This document shows positions 46,066 to 56,780 of a DNA stretch of 64,000 nt, piece after piece (position 1 is the first letter of the stretch; every line of letters starts with the position of its first letter). The position numbers and the translations under genes are program-made. The DNA lies in the IMG/VR virus record IMGVR_UViG_3300017830_000039; one strand, written 5' to 3'. The notes under the pieces were generated by a model that saw nothing but the letters and a program-made list of their open reading frames with translations, was not told where the DNA came from and did no database searches. The DNA comes from a virus.

Positions 46066-47333
46066 CGCGTCTTCCGATCGCGATCTCCGATTCCGCTAAC
46101 TTCTATGTCAGCGCGGAACGCATCTTCGACCCGACGCTCAAGGGCGTACCGGTCATCGTGCTCAGCAACAACGATGGCTGCGCCGTCGCCCGGTCGGACG
46201 AGGCCAAGGCGCTGGGCATCAAGATGGGAGATCCGCTGCACCTGATCCGCGACAAGGTCGAACGGCACGGGGTGAAGGTCTTCTCGTCGAACTACACGCT
46301 CTACGGCGACATCTCCCGGCGGGTCGTGGACGTCTATCGGGACTTCTCACCCGATGTGGAGGTCTATTCCATCGACGAATGCTTCCTCGACTTCCGCGGC
46401 TTCCAGGACCGGGAGGCCCATGCGAGAAACATGCGCAAGGCCGTCCTGCGCCGCATCGGCGTCCCCGTTCGTGTCGGCATCGGCCCGTCCAAGACCCTGT
46501 CGAAATGCGCCAATGAGCTCGCCAAGCGCAATCCGGTCTTTGGCGGGGTTCTCGACATGATGGACGAATGCGTGGCGGACTGGCTCCTGCCCAGGGTGCC
46601 GGTCGGCGACATCTGGGGGATCGGGCGGCGCACGGAGGCCAAGCTGCAGGCACTGGGTATCGGGACCGCGGCCGAGTTGCGCGACATGCCGCTGCGCCAG
46701 GCCCGGGGCCTCGGCACCGTAACCCTCGAGAGGACCGTCCTGGAGCTCCAGGGAGAGCCATGCCTCTCGATCGAGGAGGTGGAGCCACAGCGTAAAGGAA
46801 TGGCCGTGACGCGCTCCTCAGGCGCTCCCATGACCGATTTCGATACACTCTTCGAGGCGATCATGTCCCACGCTACAAGGGCGGCCGAGAAGCTGCGGCA
46901 GCATGGTCTGGTTGCCGGGACCCTGACCGTCTTCTTCCATACCAACCGCCACAAGCCGAAGCGTCCGCAATATGCCGGATCGCGCAGCACGCGTCTCGTG
47001 CCGATGACCAACGACACGCTCGAGATGGTCGCCGCCGCAAGGCGCTGCGCCCGCGCGGCCTTGCCGAAGATCGACGGTGGCTATGGCTTCACCAAGGCCG
47101 GGGTGATGCTCGACGACCTCATTGCGGAGGCCGACAGGCCACGCACGCTCTTCGAGGTCCCCAGGCCCAACGGGCCGCGGCTCATGGCGGCGCTCGATGC
47201 CGTCAATGACCGATACGGCAAGAAGACCATGGTGCTGGGAAGCGAGGGGCTGCGGCGCAGCTGGGCGATGCGGGCCGATCACCGGTCGCCGCGCTACACG
47301 ACACGTCTGAGCGACCTTCCAGTCGTGCGCTAG
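46062..47333 (+). CDS. umuC: UmuC-like Y-family polymerase
   Basis: [36 protein letters not shown] and W-x-MR-x4-SPRYTT motifs. Confidence 0.95.
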   Translation: MTRLPIAISDSANFYVSAERIFDPTLKGVPVIVLSNNDGCAVARSDEAKALGIKMGDPLHLIRDKVERHGVKVFSSNYTLYGDISRRVVDVYRDFSPDVEVYSIDECFLDFRGFQDREAHARNMRKAVLRRIGVPVRVGIGPSKTLSKCANELAKRNPVFGGVLDMMDECVADWLLPRVPVGDIWGIGRRTEAKLQALGIGTAAELRDMPLRQARGLGTVTLERTVLELQGEPCLSIEEVEPQRKGMAVTRSSGAPMTDFDTLFEAIMSHATRAAEKLRQHGLVAGTLTVFFHTNRHKPKRPQYAGSRSTRLVPMTNDTLEMVAAARRCARAALPKIDGGYGFTKAGVMLDDLIAEADRPRTLFEVPRPNGPRLMAALDAVNDRYGKKTMVLGSEGLRRSWAMRADHRSPRYTTRLSDLPVVR

Positions 47334-47373
47334 GGCGCGCGCAAATGAAAGGTCGTGCGTTAGGGCGCGCGCA
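47322..47373 (+). repeat. 22-bp direct repeat spanning the umuC stop
   Basis: GTCGTGCGCTAGGGCGCGCGCA (47322-47343) and GTCGTGCGTTAGGGCGCGCGCA (47352-47373): one mismatch, 8-nt spacer. Confidence 0.85.
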
Positions 47374-47393
47374 GGTCAGGGGGAGGGGAGAGG

Positions 47394-48041
47394 CTAGAAC
47401 GCGCGTTCGCAGACCAGGCGGCACATGTCGAGGTCGAAGAGATCAGAAGCGTTGCGCACACGGCTTTCCATGTCGATCCAGAACCCGTCCTCGCAGTCGA
47501 TCGCCTGCAGGGCCTGAACGACATTGTCAGGCCCGAGGCCGCCGGCATAGCCGAAGCGGACATCCTCATCGGCCGGTGGCCGGGGCCAACTCGCAGGCAG
47601 GACCCCGCGGCCGCCAGACGCGTCGAAGAGCCATTCGACACGGGCGTCTTCGGGAAAGCTGTGCCGGGTCTGGAGGATCACGCGGAACTCGCGCCCGTGA
47701 CGCTGTTCAAGGCGCGCCTTCCAGGCGCAGATCAGGTCGAGGTCGAACCGCTCCGAGGTGTTGACCTGGATCCGATCGAAAGTGTCCATCCTGTCGTCGA
47801 TATCGCTGCGGCCCTCGGAGACGATCTGACCCGACCAGCTGCCGCAGATATGGGCGGCCAGGGACAGATCGAGCCCTGCAAGGCCGTCGATCCAGCCCTG
47901 GGACGGATAGCGCGGCGTGCCCGTGCGGGAGCGGGAGAAGAGAATGCCGAATTCCACGGGGTGCTCTTCGGACAGATCGAGGAGAGCCTGATAGGGTGTC
48001 CGGTCATCGGCGCCGGTGAAGGTGATGAAGTCTGGATACAT
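47394..48041 (-). CDS. TrpF-like TIM-barrel protein
   Basis: LFDASGGRG, GYAGGLGPDNV and WIDMESRVR resemble the phosphate-binding end of PRA isomerase-type barrels. Confidence 0.6.
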   Translation of the reverse strand: MYPDFITFTGADDRTPYQALLDLSEEHPVEFGILFSRSRTGTPRYPSQGWIDGLAGLDLSLAAHICGSWSGQIVSEGRSDIDDRMDTFDRIQVNTSERFDLDLICAWKARLEQRHGREFRVILQTRHSFPEDARVEWLFDASGGRGVLPASWPRPPADEDVRFGYAGGLGPDNVVQALQAIDCEDGFWIDMESRVRNASDLFDLDMCRLVCERAF

Positions 48042-48144
48042 GCCGTGCTCCTCTCGTTTGAGGTGAGGTAGGTCGCGACATGCGAAAAAGATATGCCATA
48101 TCGGAATGAAGGGCGTCCTGTCCGTCCAAACCTGTGGATTTCCC

Positions 48145-48717
48145 TCAGCGGAAGAAACGACTGCAGCCGCTGACCTGGGTGCGTGCGTGATCCGTGAACC
48201 CGGTCGCCGTCAGGGCGATATCCTGCTCGGTAATGCCGCGGCCAGAAAGGTTGGCCATGATCTTGAAGCGCAGCTGGCCTGTCTCGGAGAGGGTCACGAG
48301 GCCGGTCTCGGTCTCTTCCGGTCCGATGATGAGATCGTCCAGCAGAGCGATCACGTCGACCTGCCGCCAGCCTTCCAAGTCCTCCATCATGACCACCACT
48401 TCGCGCCCCTCGGTCCAGGCGCGGGCCAGATCGGTATGCAGTGAAAGACGGAGATTGAACGGGCGCGCCGTGTCGAGAAGCGCCATGGCTGCACTGGTTC
48501 CGACGCAATCGACCTGGGCTACACGGGTGCCGTTCGGCATTCGGTAGAAGAGAATGGGCCCGGATTGCCGGTCTTCGATGATCCCCCAGGTCTCGGGTCC
48601 GGTCAGCCGGGCCTGGTCGTCCAGATGGGCGGAGGAGAGAGCCCGCAATCCGAAGATCGCGGCGATCATCGCGATGAGAACGATCAGTCTCACGACGTTC
48701 TCCGTTCGGACATGCAC
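48145..48717 (-). CDS. Membrane-anchored hypothetical protein
   Basis: N-terminal hydrophobic segment LIVLIAMIAAIFGL. Confidence 0.65.
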   Translation of the reverse strand: MHVRTENVVRLIVLIAMIAAIFGLRALSSAHLDDQARLTGPETWGIIEDRQSGPILFYRMPNGTRVAQVDCVGTSAAMALLDTARPFNLRLSLHTDLARAWTEGREVVVMMEDLEGWRQVDVIALLDDLIIGPEETETGLVTLSETGQLRFKIMANLSGRGITEQDIALTATGFTDHARTQVSGCSRFFR

Positions 48718-48866
48718 AAAGACGGGCGTCTCAAGGTGGGACTCCTGGATTTCGGGTCGGTCGACGGATCAGATGTAACGCAGAACAGAGATAGAAAACA
48801 CGCCAGCCCTGTATTTTCGCAAGATACCCCCATAATTCTACCGTGGCAAAACACCAGGAGATGAGA

Positions 48867-49379
48867 ATGGCCGATTTCTACACCGAGATGAGCATGGCAG
48901 TGGCGGGCACGCCGGAGGAACTCAAAGCCCTCAAGGACGTCTTCGATCTGTTCGAGGAACACGGCGACGAGCTGGACGGCTGGATCGATCAGGAGTTTCT
49001 TGATGCCGGCATGTCCATCAGCCTCGAACGGACCGATCTCTTCAAATCCATCGCCTCCGAGTCCGGCGGGACCATCGGCGTTGCGACCTCGATCGAGACA
49101 GATGGAGAGCAGTCCTACCTCTGGATCCGGCACGATGAGAGCGCCGATGTGGAGGCTGTGGCGCATATCCTGCAGGACTGGCTGGTCGAGACCGGGTCCG
49201 ACAAGGCACTGCAGTTCGAATGGGCCAATACGGCCAGCAAGCCCCGCCTCGATTCCTATGGCGGCGGTGCTGTCCATATCACCGCCGGCAACATCGACTG
49301 GATGAACACTTCGATGTGGCTCAGTGCCATGCGGCGGGACATGGAGGCGACGGTCGAGGGAGACGAGCCTGGCATGTGA
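48867..49379 (+). CDS. Hypothetical protein
   Basis: AGGAG RBS before MADFYTEMS. Confidence 0.75.
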   Translation: MADFYTEMSMAVAGTPEELKALKDVFDLFEEHGDELDGWIDQEFLDAGMSISLERTDLFKSIASESGGTIGVATSIETDGEQSYLWIRHDESADVEAVAHILQDWLVETGSDKALQFEWANTASKPRLDSYGGGAVHITAGNIDWMNTSMWLSAMRRDMEATVEGDEPGM

Positions 49380-49388
49380 CCCGGAAGG

Positions 49389-50150
49389 TCAGGCCGCGTC
49401 CCCCGGGCGCGGCCCCTTGCGGCCGCCGAAGAACTCGATGGCGCGGGCGATATCCGAAAAGGTAACGAGCTCGTCTTCGACGCCGAGATCTGCGTCCGTA
49501 CGGTGGTCGAGATACCGCTCCAGTTCCAGAAGGGGCTCGATGCTGCCGCAGGCGCCGACCGCCTTGAAGAACCGGTTCGCATCGGTGTCGTCGCTGATGG
49601 TCGGAGCTCCGGGCTTGTTCTTCGCCGCGCGCCGGGCCCAGGCCTTCACATGGCGCAGGATCCAGGGATCTGCGTCCCGCTTGCGCGCCTCCTCCATCCA
49701 ATCCAGGAAGCGCCGCTTCTCCGTTGTCTCGATGGCCCGGATGATGGCACGCCGGAACATGTGCAGCCTGGGGTCCTGCAGAAGCGTGGTGGCGGTCAGG
49801 ATCTCGCAGCTCGTCACGTCTCCCGCGGCGCTTACGAATGCCGCATGAATGCGGCGGGCGCGCCCGGGGCCGGCAAGCGCGAACAGATGGACGAGATCCC
49901 CATCGCGGGAATGGATCGGCCGCATGCCCGGGATCTCCAGTCGGTGGATGAGGCGTGTCCCGGTTTCCTTGGAGAGGCAATGGGCCAGCGCCAGGTCATC
50001 TTCGCCGATCGGGGAAAGGCGAACGGCACGGGCACCGGTGCGGGCCTCGCGGAGAAGGGCGGCCTCTACGACCTCCTGAAGAGGATTGTTTTTCGCATTG
50101 CGCCGGACGACGAAGACGGTGCCGGCGAACAGAAGGACGAGGAATGGCAA
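49389..50150 (-). CDS. Hypothetical protein
   Basis: 253-aa ORF with GGAGG RBS and hydrophobic N-terminus. Confidence 0.62.
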   Translation of the reverse strand: MPFLVLLFAGTVFVVRRNAKNNPLQEVVEAALLREARTGARAVRLSPIGEDDLALAHCLSKETGTRLIHRLEIPGMRPIHSRDGDLVHLFALAGPGRARRIHAAFVSAAGDVTSCEILTATTLLQDPRLHMFRRAIIRAIETTEKRRFLDWMEEARKRDADPWILRHVKAWARRAAKNKPGAPTISDDTDANRFFKAVGACGSIEPLLELERYLDHRTDADLGVEDELVTFSDIARAIEFFGGRKGPRPGDAA

Positions 50151-50367
50151 GGGAGGTTCCTTTCAATCGGACGGGGCTTGAGTTTAAATCGGTCGATCGG
50201 GGCTTCTGATGATCTATAAAACCGGTGCGCAGCATCAATGGCAAGCCTGCCACAATTCCAGCGTGTTTCTTATTCGCATCAGGGTATATCTGGATTTCCT
50301 GTTGAAAGTAGACCATATAATTTATGACAGACATTCTTGATCTTCTTTTTTCGACGTACGGAGTCCC

Positions 50368-51603
50368 ATGCGCGTCCTACACACGGCAGACTGGCATATC
50401 GGCCAGACATTGAACGGCTGGTCCAGGGACGTCGAGCATGAGGTCTGGCTCGCAGCCCTGGCGGATGTCGTCGCCGAAGAAGAGATCGACGTCCTCCTGG
50501 TGGCGGGTGATGTCTATGACGGCATCAACCCCTCCGGCGCGTCCCAGCGGCTGCTCTATCGCGCCCTGCGCCGGATGAAGGATCTGCGGCCGGGTTTGAC
50601 GACGATCATCACCTCCGGGAACCATGACCCCGCTGGGCGCCTCGAAGCGCCCAGCGCGATCCTGGAAAGCCTCGATGTCCATGTCGTGGCGAGTGTCCGC
50701 ATGGACGAAGACGGGATCGATGTGTCCCGGCACATGGTCCCCCTGGCCGATTCCGAGGGCACAATCCGGGCCTGGGTTTGCGCCATTCCCTTCCTGCGGG
50801 CGGCCGATCTTCCGGGGCTGACCTTCGCGTCGGAAGAAGCGGGGCGGGGCTCTCCCATCGTCGCCGCGGCGCGCCGGTTCCATCTCGAAATGGCCCGCAA
50901 GGCGCGGGATCATGCGGGCGACCTGCCCATCCTGGCCATGGGACATCTGCATTGCCATGGGGCGAGCGAGAGCGCCCAGGACGACATCAGCGCAGAGCGC
51001 CGCATCCTGATCGGCGGCGAGCACGCGCTTCCGGAGGACGTGTTCCCCGAGGCGTTCGATTACGTGGCGCTGGGCCATCTGCATCGCCCACAGACCCTCG
51101 GCAATGGACGGATCCGCTATTCAGGGTCCTGCTTTCCACTCTCGGCCGCGGAGATCGCCTACGATCATGGGGCGACGATCATCGATCTCTCCGACACCGA
51201 CCTCACCCCGCACCACAGGAGCATTCCGCGACCGGTTCAGATGATCCGTGTGCCGCAGACTGGACGGTTGACCCTCTCGGGTCTTGAGGAGGCCCTGGAC
51301 GATCTTGATCTGGACGCCGATCTCGATCCGGACCTGCGTCCCTTCGTCTATGTCAACCTGACGGCCGATGGTCCGGCCTCCGTGCTGATGAATGATGCTG
51401 AACGCCTGCTCGCAGGCTACCCGCTGCGCGTGGCAGGGCTTCGGGTCCGTCGCGATGAGGCGGCGCCCATCCTGCAGCCGGTTTCGCTGGCGGAGACCAC
51501 ACCGGAGGACCTGTTCCTCTCGGCATTCGAGCGGGTGAACGGCATGGCGCCCGAGCCCCGCCACGTCGCTGCGTTTCGCGAAGCCCTGATCGGAGAGGGC
51601 TGA
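50368..51603 (+). CDS. sbcD: Exonuclease SbcD
   Basis: HTADWHIG, AGDVYD, SGNHD, MGHL and YVALGHLH motifs. Confidence 0.95.
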   Translation: MRVLHTADWHIGQTLNGWSRDVEHEVWLAALADVVAEEEIDVLLVAGDVYDGINPSGASQRLLYRALRRMKDLRPGLTTIITSGNHDPAGRLEAPSAILESLDVHVVASVRMDEDGIDVSRHMVPLADSEGTIRAWVCAIPFLRAADLPGLTFASEEAGRGSPIVAAARRFHLEMARKARDHAGDLPILAMGHLHCHGASESAQDDISAERRILIGGEHALPEDVFPEAFDYVALGHLHRPQTLGNGRIRYSGSCFPLSAAEIAYDHGATIIDLSDTDLTPHHRSIPRPVQMIRVPQTGRLTLSGLEEALDDLDLDADLDPDLRPFVYVNLTADGPASVLMNDAERLLAGYPLRVAGLRVRRDEAAPILQPVSLAETTPEDLFLSAFERVNGMAPEPRHVAAFREALIGEG

Positions 51604-54600
51604 TGCAGATCCTGGCCATTCGCGGCGCCAACCTGGCAAGCCTCGCGGACACTTTCGAGATCGACCTCACCGAGGAGCCCCTGGCATCCGCCGGTCTCTT
51701 CGCCATCACCGGGGAAACCGGGGCCGGCAAGTCGACGATCCTCGACGCGATGTGTCTCGCGCTCTACGGAAGCTGTCCGCGCCTGAGCGGGGCCGGGGTC
51801 AATGACGACGTGCCGGACATTGCGGGAGAGGCGATCAAGTCGAGCGATCCGCGCGCCATCCTCCGGCGCGGCGCCTCCCAGGCCCACGCCGAAGTGGATT
51901 TCCTCGCGCCGAACGGATTGCGGTACCGGGCGAGCTGGACAGCGCGCCGGGCCCGCGGTCGGGCCGAGGGTCGGCTTCAGAACGTGGACAGGGCACTCAT
52001 CGACCTGGCGAGCGGTGCGGTGATGGAAAGCCAGATCAACGCGGTCCGCGAGCAGGTCACGGTCCTCACCGGACTGACCTATGACGAATTCCGCCGGACT
52101 GTCCTCCTGGCCCAGGGGGATTTCGATGCATTCCTGAGAGCCAATACCGCGGAGCGTGCCGCTCTTCTTGAAAAGGTCACGGGGACAGAGATCTACCGCG
52201 CCATTTCCCGGCGCATCTATGCGCGGCACGAGGAGGCGCGGTCTGCGCTTGAGACCCTTCAGATCAGGCGATCGGCCACATCCGCCCTACCGGACGAAGA
52301 GCGTCAGGCCCTGGGATCCGAGCAGTCCGGGTTGACGGAAGAGGGGGCCGATCTCGATCAGAGGATCGACGCCCTGGCGAAGAATGTCGCGGCTTTCGAA
52401 CGGGTGAAGGCGGGCGAAGCGCAGCTGGCGCGCGCCCGGACCGACCTCGATGCGGCCGAGGCGGCTCAAACCTCCGCGGAAGGAGACCGGTCCCGGCTTG
52501 GCGCCCTGGAGACGGCCCTGTCGCTCAGAACCGAACATCAGAGGCTCATCTCTGCCAAGGCCGTGCAGGACAAGTTTCTGATGGACAGGGATGCGCTGAC
52601 TGGCGCCAGGACCGCCAAATCCCAGGAGGTGACCAGCGCAGGCACGCGCGCGGCCGCCGCCCGACAGGCGATGGAGACGACGGAAGAGACATTCAAGGCG
52701 TTCGGTCCGCAATGGACGGAGGCCACGCGGCTCGACGGCCTGATCAAGTCGGCCGGACAGGAAGTGGAGACCGCGCGGTCCCGCCTGACGGCCGCCGAAG
52801 AGAAGCGGGATGGCGCGGAGCGCAACCTCAACGGAGAGATCGAGGCGGAGCAAGCCGCCCGCACGGACCATGAGGCCGCATTGGCGCAGCTCACCCGGGC
52901 TGCTGGGGCAGAAGACCTGGCGACCCGATGGGACGACTTGTACCCCCTCATGGATGAACGGGGGACTCTTCGACAGAGACAGGCGGATCTCAGGAAAGAC
53001 CGCGAGGTTCAGCTGAAGATCAAGTTGGACGGAGAGAAGGATCTGGAGGCCCTGACCGCGGAGGATACGAAGGACGTCTCCCGGATCCGCGAGATCGAGG
53101 CGAAGCTCGCGGCCTCCGAGACCCGCCGGGATGAGATCATGAAAGACGATCCCCGCAAGCGTCTCGAGAAGCTCTCCACCGGACGGCAGCACGTTATCGA
53201 TATGGCGCGCCATACCGGCACCGTCGATCAGGAAGCCGAGGTGACCCGCACTGCGCGCGCCGAGATCGCACGGCAAACGCAGATCTCGGGTGCCGCGCGG
53301 ACATCTCAGGAAGAGGCAAGCGCCAAGGCGACGCGCGCCGAGGCTGCGATCCAGGCCCTCCTTGCCCCGGTCGATCAGGCCGAGGCGGCGGCCTCCGATG
53401 TGGCGGCGCGCCTGAGGGGGACCCTGTCGCCGGGCTGCCCCTGTCCCGTCTGCGGATCCAAGGACCACCCTGTGGCCGCGGATGATGCGCTTCTTGCGAT
53501 CGCGCGCGACATGCGGGCCAGGCTCGATGCCGAACGTGCGACCCTCGCCGAGGCCACGAAGGACCGGGCGGCTGCCGATCGCGCGCGGGATGCCGCGGAA
53601 CTGGCCTGCAGGACACAGTCCGGCCTGGTCGATGCGTCCGAGACCCGCATGTCCGAAGCCTGTAGCTCTTTTTCGGACAGCCGCGCTCAGGCGGAAGCCC
53701 TCGGGCTCACGGGTTTGCCTCAAGCGGCAGCGGGTGCCGGTCCCTCGTTGAAGGACCTGCTGGGTCGCCTCGAGGGCCGGAAAAGGGAGATCGACACTCT
53801 CATCCGGGAATTGGACGACCTCACTGAACAGGTGAGCCGTGACGGAAAGACCATGTCATCCATCCGGCAAGGCCTGGACGCCCGGTCTGCCACGCGCGAT
53901 CAACTGAAGGCGCGCCTCGATGCGGCGGATCGCAAGATCGGCCTGGCTGATCAGGAAGTGCAGCAGATCGATACCCGCATCGATCGGATCGATCGCTCCC
54001 TCGAGGGCAGCCTGAGCGGTGTCAGGGTCACGCCTTCCGGCCTCGATGGCAATCCAGTCGAGCTGCGGGGCAAGCTCGAACGGATCGTGACCGCCTGGCG
54101 CGGTGAATGCGCCAAGAGGGACAAGGCGGACACCATCCTGCGGGCCTCCGCTCCAAAGATCAGCTCGGCACGCGCCACCTTGGATGCGTGCAAGGCGGAC
54201 GTCGTCTCGCTCGCGAGCGCGCTTTCGGAGCGCGAAGCCGGTTTGCGGGACCTGACCGGACAGCGGGGCGCGCTTCTCGAAGGCGAGGAGACCGAATCCC
54301 ACCGGTCACGGCACAATGCGCTGCGCCTGAGCGCGCAGGAGGCCCATCAGGCGCAGTCCGAGACCCTGTCCCGGGTGACCTCTGAGCTGAGCGCCCTTGA
54401 CGCCCGTCTGGGCGACTTGCTGAAGACGGAGACGCCGATCGGTGCCGAGCTCGATGCTGCGAAGGGTGATCTGACGGAGAAGCTGGCGACAGTCGGACTG
54501 TCCCTCGAGGCACTGCCGAAGCTGATCGCCGATGCAGCACGGGACCTCACCGGTCTCCGGGAGCGCCTCAGGAAGATCGACGAGGCGGTCATTGCGGGGA

Positions 54601-55337
54601 AATCCGCCCTGGCTGCGCGCGCGGCCGACTTGGAGGGGCTTCGAAAATCCCTGCCGGCAGAGGGATCCGAGGCCGATCTGCGCGCGGCACTGGAGACTTC
54701 CCGCAAGCGGCGCGACGACATCCGAGAGAGGCTCGGCGCGGTCGCGGAGATCCTCAAGGCCGACGATGCGCTGCGTGATACCCTCAAGGGGCTCGATGCG
54801 GAGATCGCCGCGGCGAAGGACGTGCGGGATACCTGGTCTGCCGTCAACGAGGCTGTGGGATCTCGTCAGGGCGGCAAGTTCGCCCAGATTGCCCAGAGTG
54901 TGACGCTTTCGCTCCTGGTGGATCGCGCGAATGCCCACCTGGCCGACTTGAAACCCAGATACCGCCTTGCCCAGGGTGGGGAGGATCTCTCCCTTCACAT
55001 CATCGACCGGGATATGGGTGACGAGATCCGCTCGACCAGGTCTCTGTCGGGCGGTGAACGCTTCCTGGTTTCCCTGGCCCTGGCTCTGGCCCTGTCCTCC
55101 CTGGGCGGGCAGGGCGGCCTGGCGGCGACTCTCTTCATCGACGAGGGGTTCGGATCCCTGGATGCCGACAGTCTCGATCTAGCCATGGATGCGCTCGACA
55201 GCCTTCAGGCCCAAGGCCGTACGGTGGGTGTCATCAGCCACGTAGATGCGATGAAGGAGCGGATTCCCGTGCAGATCCGTGTCACCCGGCGCGGGGCGGG
55301 CGCGAGTTCGGTCAGATTGGCCAGCGTCGCTGGGTAG
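51603..55337 (+). CDS. sbcC: SMC-like ATPase SbcC
   Basis: GETGAGKST, long coiled coil with CPVC zinc hook, LSGGERF and FIDEGFGSLD motifs. Confidence 0.96.
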   Translation: MQILAIRGANLASLADTFEIDLTEEPLASAGLFAITGETGAGKSTILDAMCLALYGSCPRLSGAGVNDDVPDIAGEAIKSSDPRAILRRGASQAHAEVDFLAPNGLRYRASWTARRARGRAEGRLQNVDRALIDLASGAVMESQINAVREQVTVLTGLTYDEFRRTVLLAQGDFDAFLRANTAERAALLEKVTGTEIYRAISRRIYARHEEARSALETLQIRRSATSALPDEERQALGSEQSGLTEEGADLDQRIDALAKNVAAFERVKAGEAQLARARTDLDAAEAAQTSAEGDRSRLGALETALSLRTEHQRLISAKAVQDKFLMDRDALTGARTAKSQEVTSAGTRAAAARQAMETTEETFKAFGPQWTEATRLDGLIKSAGQEVETARSRLTAAEEKRDGAERNLNGEIEAEQAARTDHEAALAQLTRAAGAEDLATRWDDLYPLMDERGTLRQRQADLRKDREVQLKIKLDGEKDLEALTAEDTKDVSRIREIEAKLAASETRRDEIMKDDPRKRLEKLSTGRQHVIDMARHTGTVDQEAEVTRTARAEIARQTQISGAARTSQEEASAKATRAEAAIQALLAPVDQAEAAASDVAARLRGTLSPGCPCPVCGSKDHPVAADDALLAIARDMRARLDAERATLAEATKDRAAADRARDAAELACRTQSGLVDASETRMSEACSSFSDSRAQAEALGLTGLPQAAAGAGPSLKDLLGRLEGRKREIDTLIRELDDLTEQVSRDGKTMSSIRQGLDARSATRDQLKARLDAADRKIGLADQEVQQIDTRIDRIDRSLEGSLSGVRVTPSGLDGNPVELRGKLERIVTAWRGECAKRDKADTILRASAPKISSARATLDACKADVVSLASALSEREAGLRDLTGQRGALLEGEETESHRSRHNALRLSAQEAHQAQSETLSRVTSELSALDARLGDLLKTETPIGAELDAAKGDLTEKLATVGLSLEALPKLIADAARDLTGLRERLRKIDEAVIAGKSALAARAADLEGLRKSLPAEGSEADLRAALETSRKRRDDIRERLGAVAEILKADDALRDTLKGLDAEIAAAKDVRDTWSAVNEAVGSRQGGKFAQIAQSVTLSLLVDRANAHLADLKPRYRLAQGGEDLSLHIIDRDMGDEIRSTRSLSGGERFLVSLALALALSSLGGQGGLAATLFIDEGFGSLDADSLDLAMDALDSLQAQGRTVGVISHVDAMKERIPVQIRVTRRGAGASSVRLASVAG

Positions 55338-55369
55338 AGCATATCAAAAACGGAAGAAAGATACCCAAT

Positions 55370-55957
55370 ATGAAGATCACGATGGACATCATCAGTGAAA
55401 GCGAGATGACCGATCGCGTCTCCAGAGTGGAGAATGGCGTGACGGTCTGGCATCATGAGCTGGCCTTCCCGCTTGCGCCGGTATCGTCGCAACCGCCCGA
55501 GGGTGAAACCGAGACACAGGTTCAGGCTGCCATGAGGATGCTCACGCCGAAGACCGATGGTCTCGGGCCGGACGGGGATTACCCGGAGTGTCGCGGAGAC
55601 TTCGCGATGGATGACGTCATCTGCGATACGCGCAGCTTCGATCTCCTGCTCTACTACCCGTTGGGCAACCCCGTCTGCCTGAGGGTCGAAGACATCGCAC
55701 CGGGGGCGTTCACGCCGAAGATGCTCTGCGAAATTGTGCGGGACGCCTACATCGAGATCTACAGGCTCGAGGAAAATGGTGCGGATATCCCCACATCCCA
55801 GGACATGCCGGGATCCGGGATCCTTCTGAACCGACCGTCAACTGACGGAATGTTCGGCATCTTCGGCCATGGGATCAGCGACCTGGTGATCGAGGTGATC
55901 ACCGTCGTGCGTGAAAGCGATGTCAACGTGATTGTCGATCTCGGGATCGGGTCCTGA
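55370..55957 (+). CDS. Hypothetical protein
   Basis: 195-aa acidic ORF. Confidence 0.65.
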   Translation: MKITMDIISESEMTDRVSRVENGVTVWHHELAFPLAPVSSQPPEGETETQVQAAMRMLTPKTDGLGPDGDYPECRGDFAMDDVICDTRSFDLLLYYPLGNPVCLRVEDIAPGAFTPKMLCEIVRDAYIEIYRLEENGADIPTSQDMPGSGILLNRPSTDGMFGIFGHGISDLVIEVITVVRESDVNVIVDLGIGS

Positions 55958-55965
55958 AAAGACGA

Positions 55966-56181
55966 TCAGGTGACGCCGATAATCATGGTGGCGAAGGTGC
56001 AGGCAAAACCCGCCAGCAGGCACGGCATCGTCATTCGTCCGTAGGCCTCAGCCATGTAGGCCAGGCCCTTGCGGTCCGCCGCCTTGGCCGGAACGCTGGA
56101 GACTCCGAAGCTCCTGTTGAAGATCCGGAAATACCCGATCGAAAGAAACGTGACGCCGAGTACGAGAAACGTGGTGCTCAT
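55966..56181 (-). CDS. Small membrane protein
   Basis: Two hydrophobic segments; GGGAG RBS. Confidence 0.6.
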   Translation of the reverse strand: MSTTFLVLGVTFLSIGYFRIFNRSFGVSSVPAKAADRKGLAYMAEAYGRMTMPCLLAGFACTFATMIIGVT

Positions 56182-56254
56182 GGCTCCCTCTCAAGAGAAT
56201 CGCGGCGCTTGGATAGGTGTGCAGAAGTTTGTCCGCAAGTGGTTTTTCGCAACA

Positions 56255-56731
56255 TCAACACCGGGAGGCCAGCGTCATCACCCATTGATCCTCGACCTGC
56301 TCGAGACCGTAGACCCGCACATTGGGGTTGAGCATGTTCCGGCGGTGGCCGGGCGAATCCATCCAGGCGGCCTGGACGCTCTCCCGATCGAAGCGGGCAC
56401 CCCAGGCGATGTTCTCGGCCAGGGTTCCGGTACATCCCTCATCGCGCAGGCGGTCCGCCGCACTGGACCCATCGGACCCCGTATGGTCGAAGAAGTCGTT
56501 CACGGCCATGTCCATGGCATGCCGGCGGGCAGCGCGGGACGCGCCGCGGGCGATGGTCAGCGGACCGAGGCCATTCTCGGCACGGTAATCGTTGATGTCC
56601 TTGCCGCTCACCGGAGGTGTGGGCGTGGTCGTGTCGCCGGCAGAGGATCCTCCGCCGGAGCCGCCCGATCCGCCACAGGCGGCCAGGGTGCAGAGCGCTG
56701 CGAAAACGACCGCGTATCTCATCTTCTTCAT
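56255..56731 (-). CDS. CAP/SCP-domain lipoprotein
   Basis: Lipobox LAAC; IN-x-YR, A-x-x-HA-x-DM, F-x-HTG, ENIA and WM-x-SPGHRRNML motifs. Confidence 0.88.
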   Translation of the reverse strand: MKKMRYAVVFAALCTLAACGGSGGSGGGSSAGDTTTPTPPVSGKDINDYRAENGLGPLTIARGASRAARRHAMDMAVNDFFDHTGSDGSSAADRLRDEGCTGTLAENIAWGARFDRESVQAAWMDSPGHRRNMLNPNVRVYGLEQVEDQWVMTLASRC

Positions 56732-56780
56732 GCCAGTCTCGTCTCGTTTCATGTGTGTTTCAGAATGTCTCGCGTTCGCC

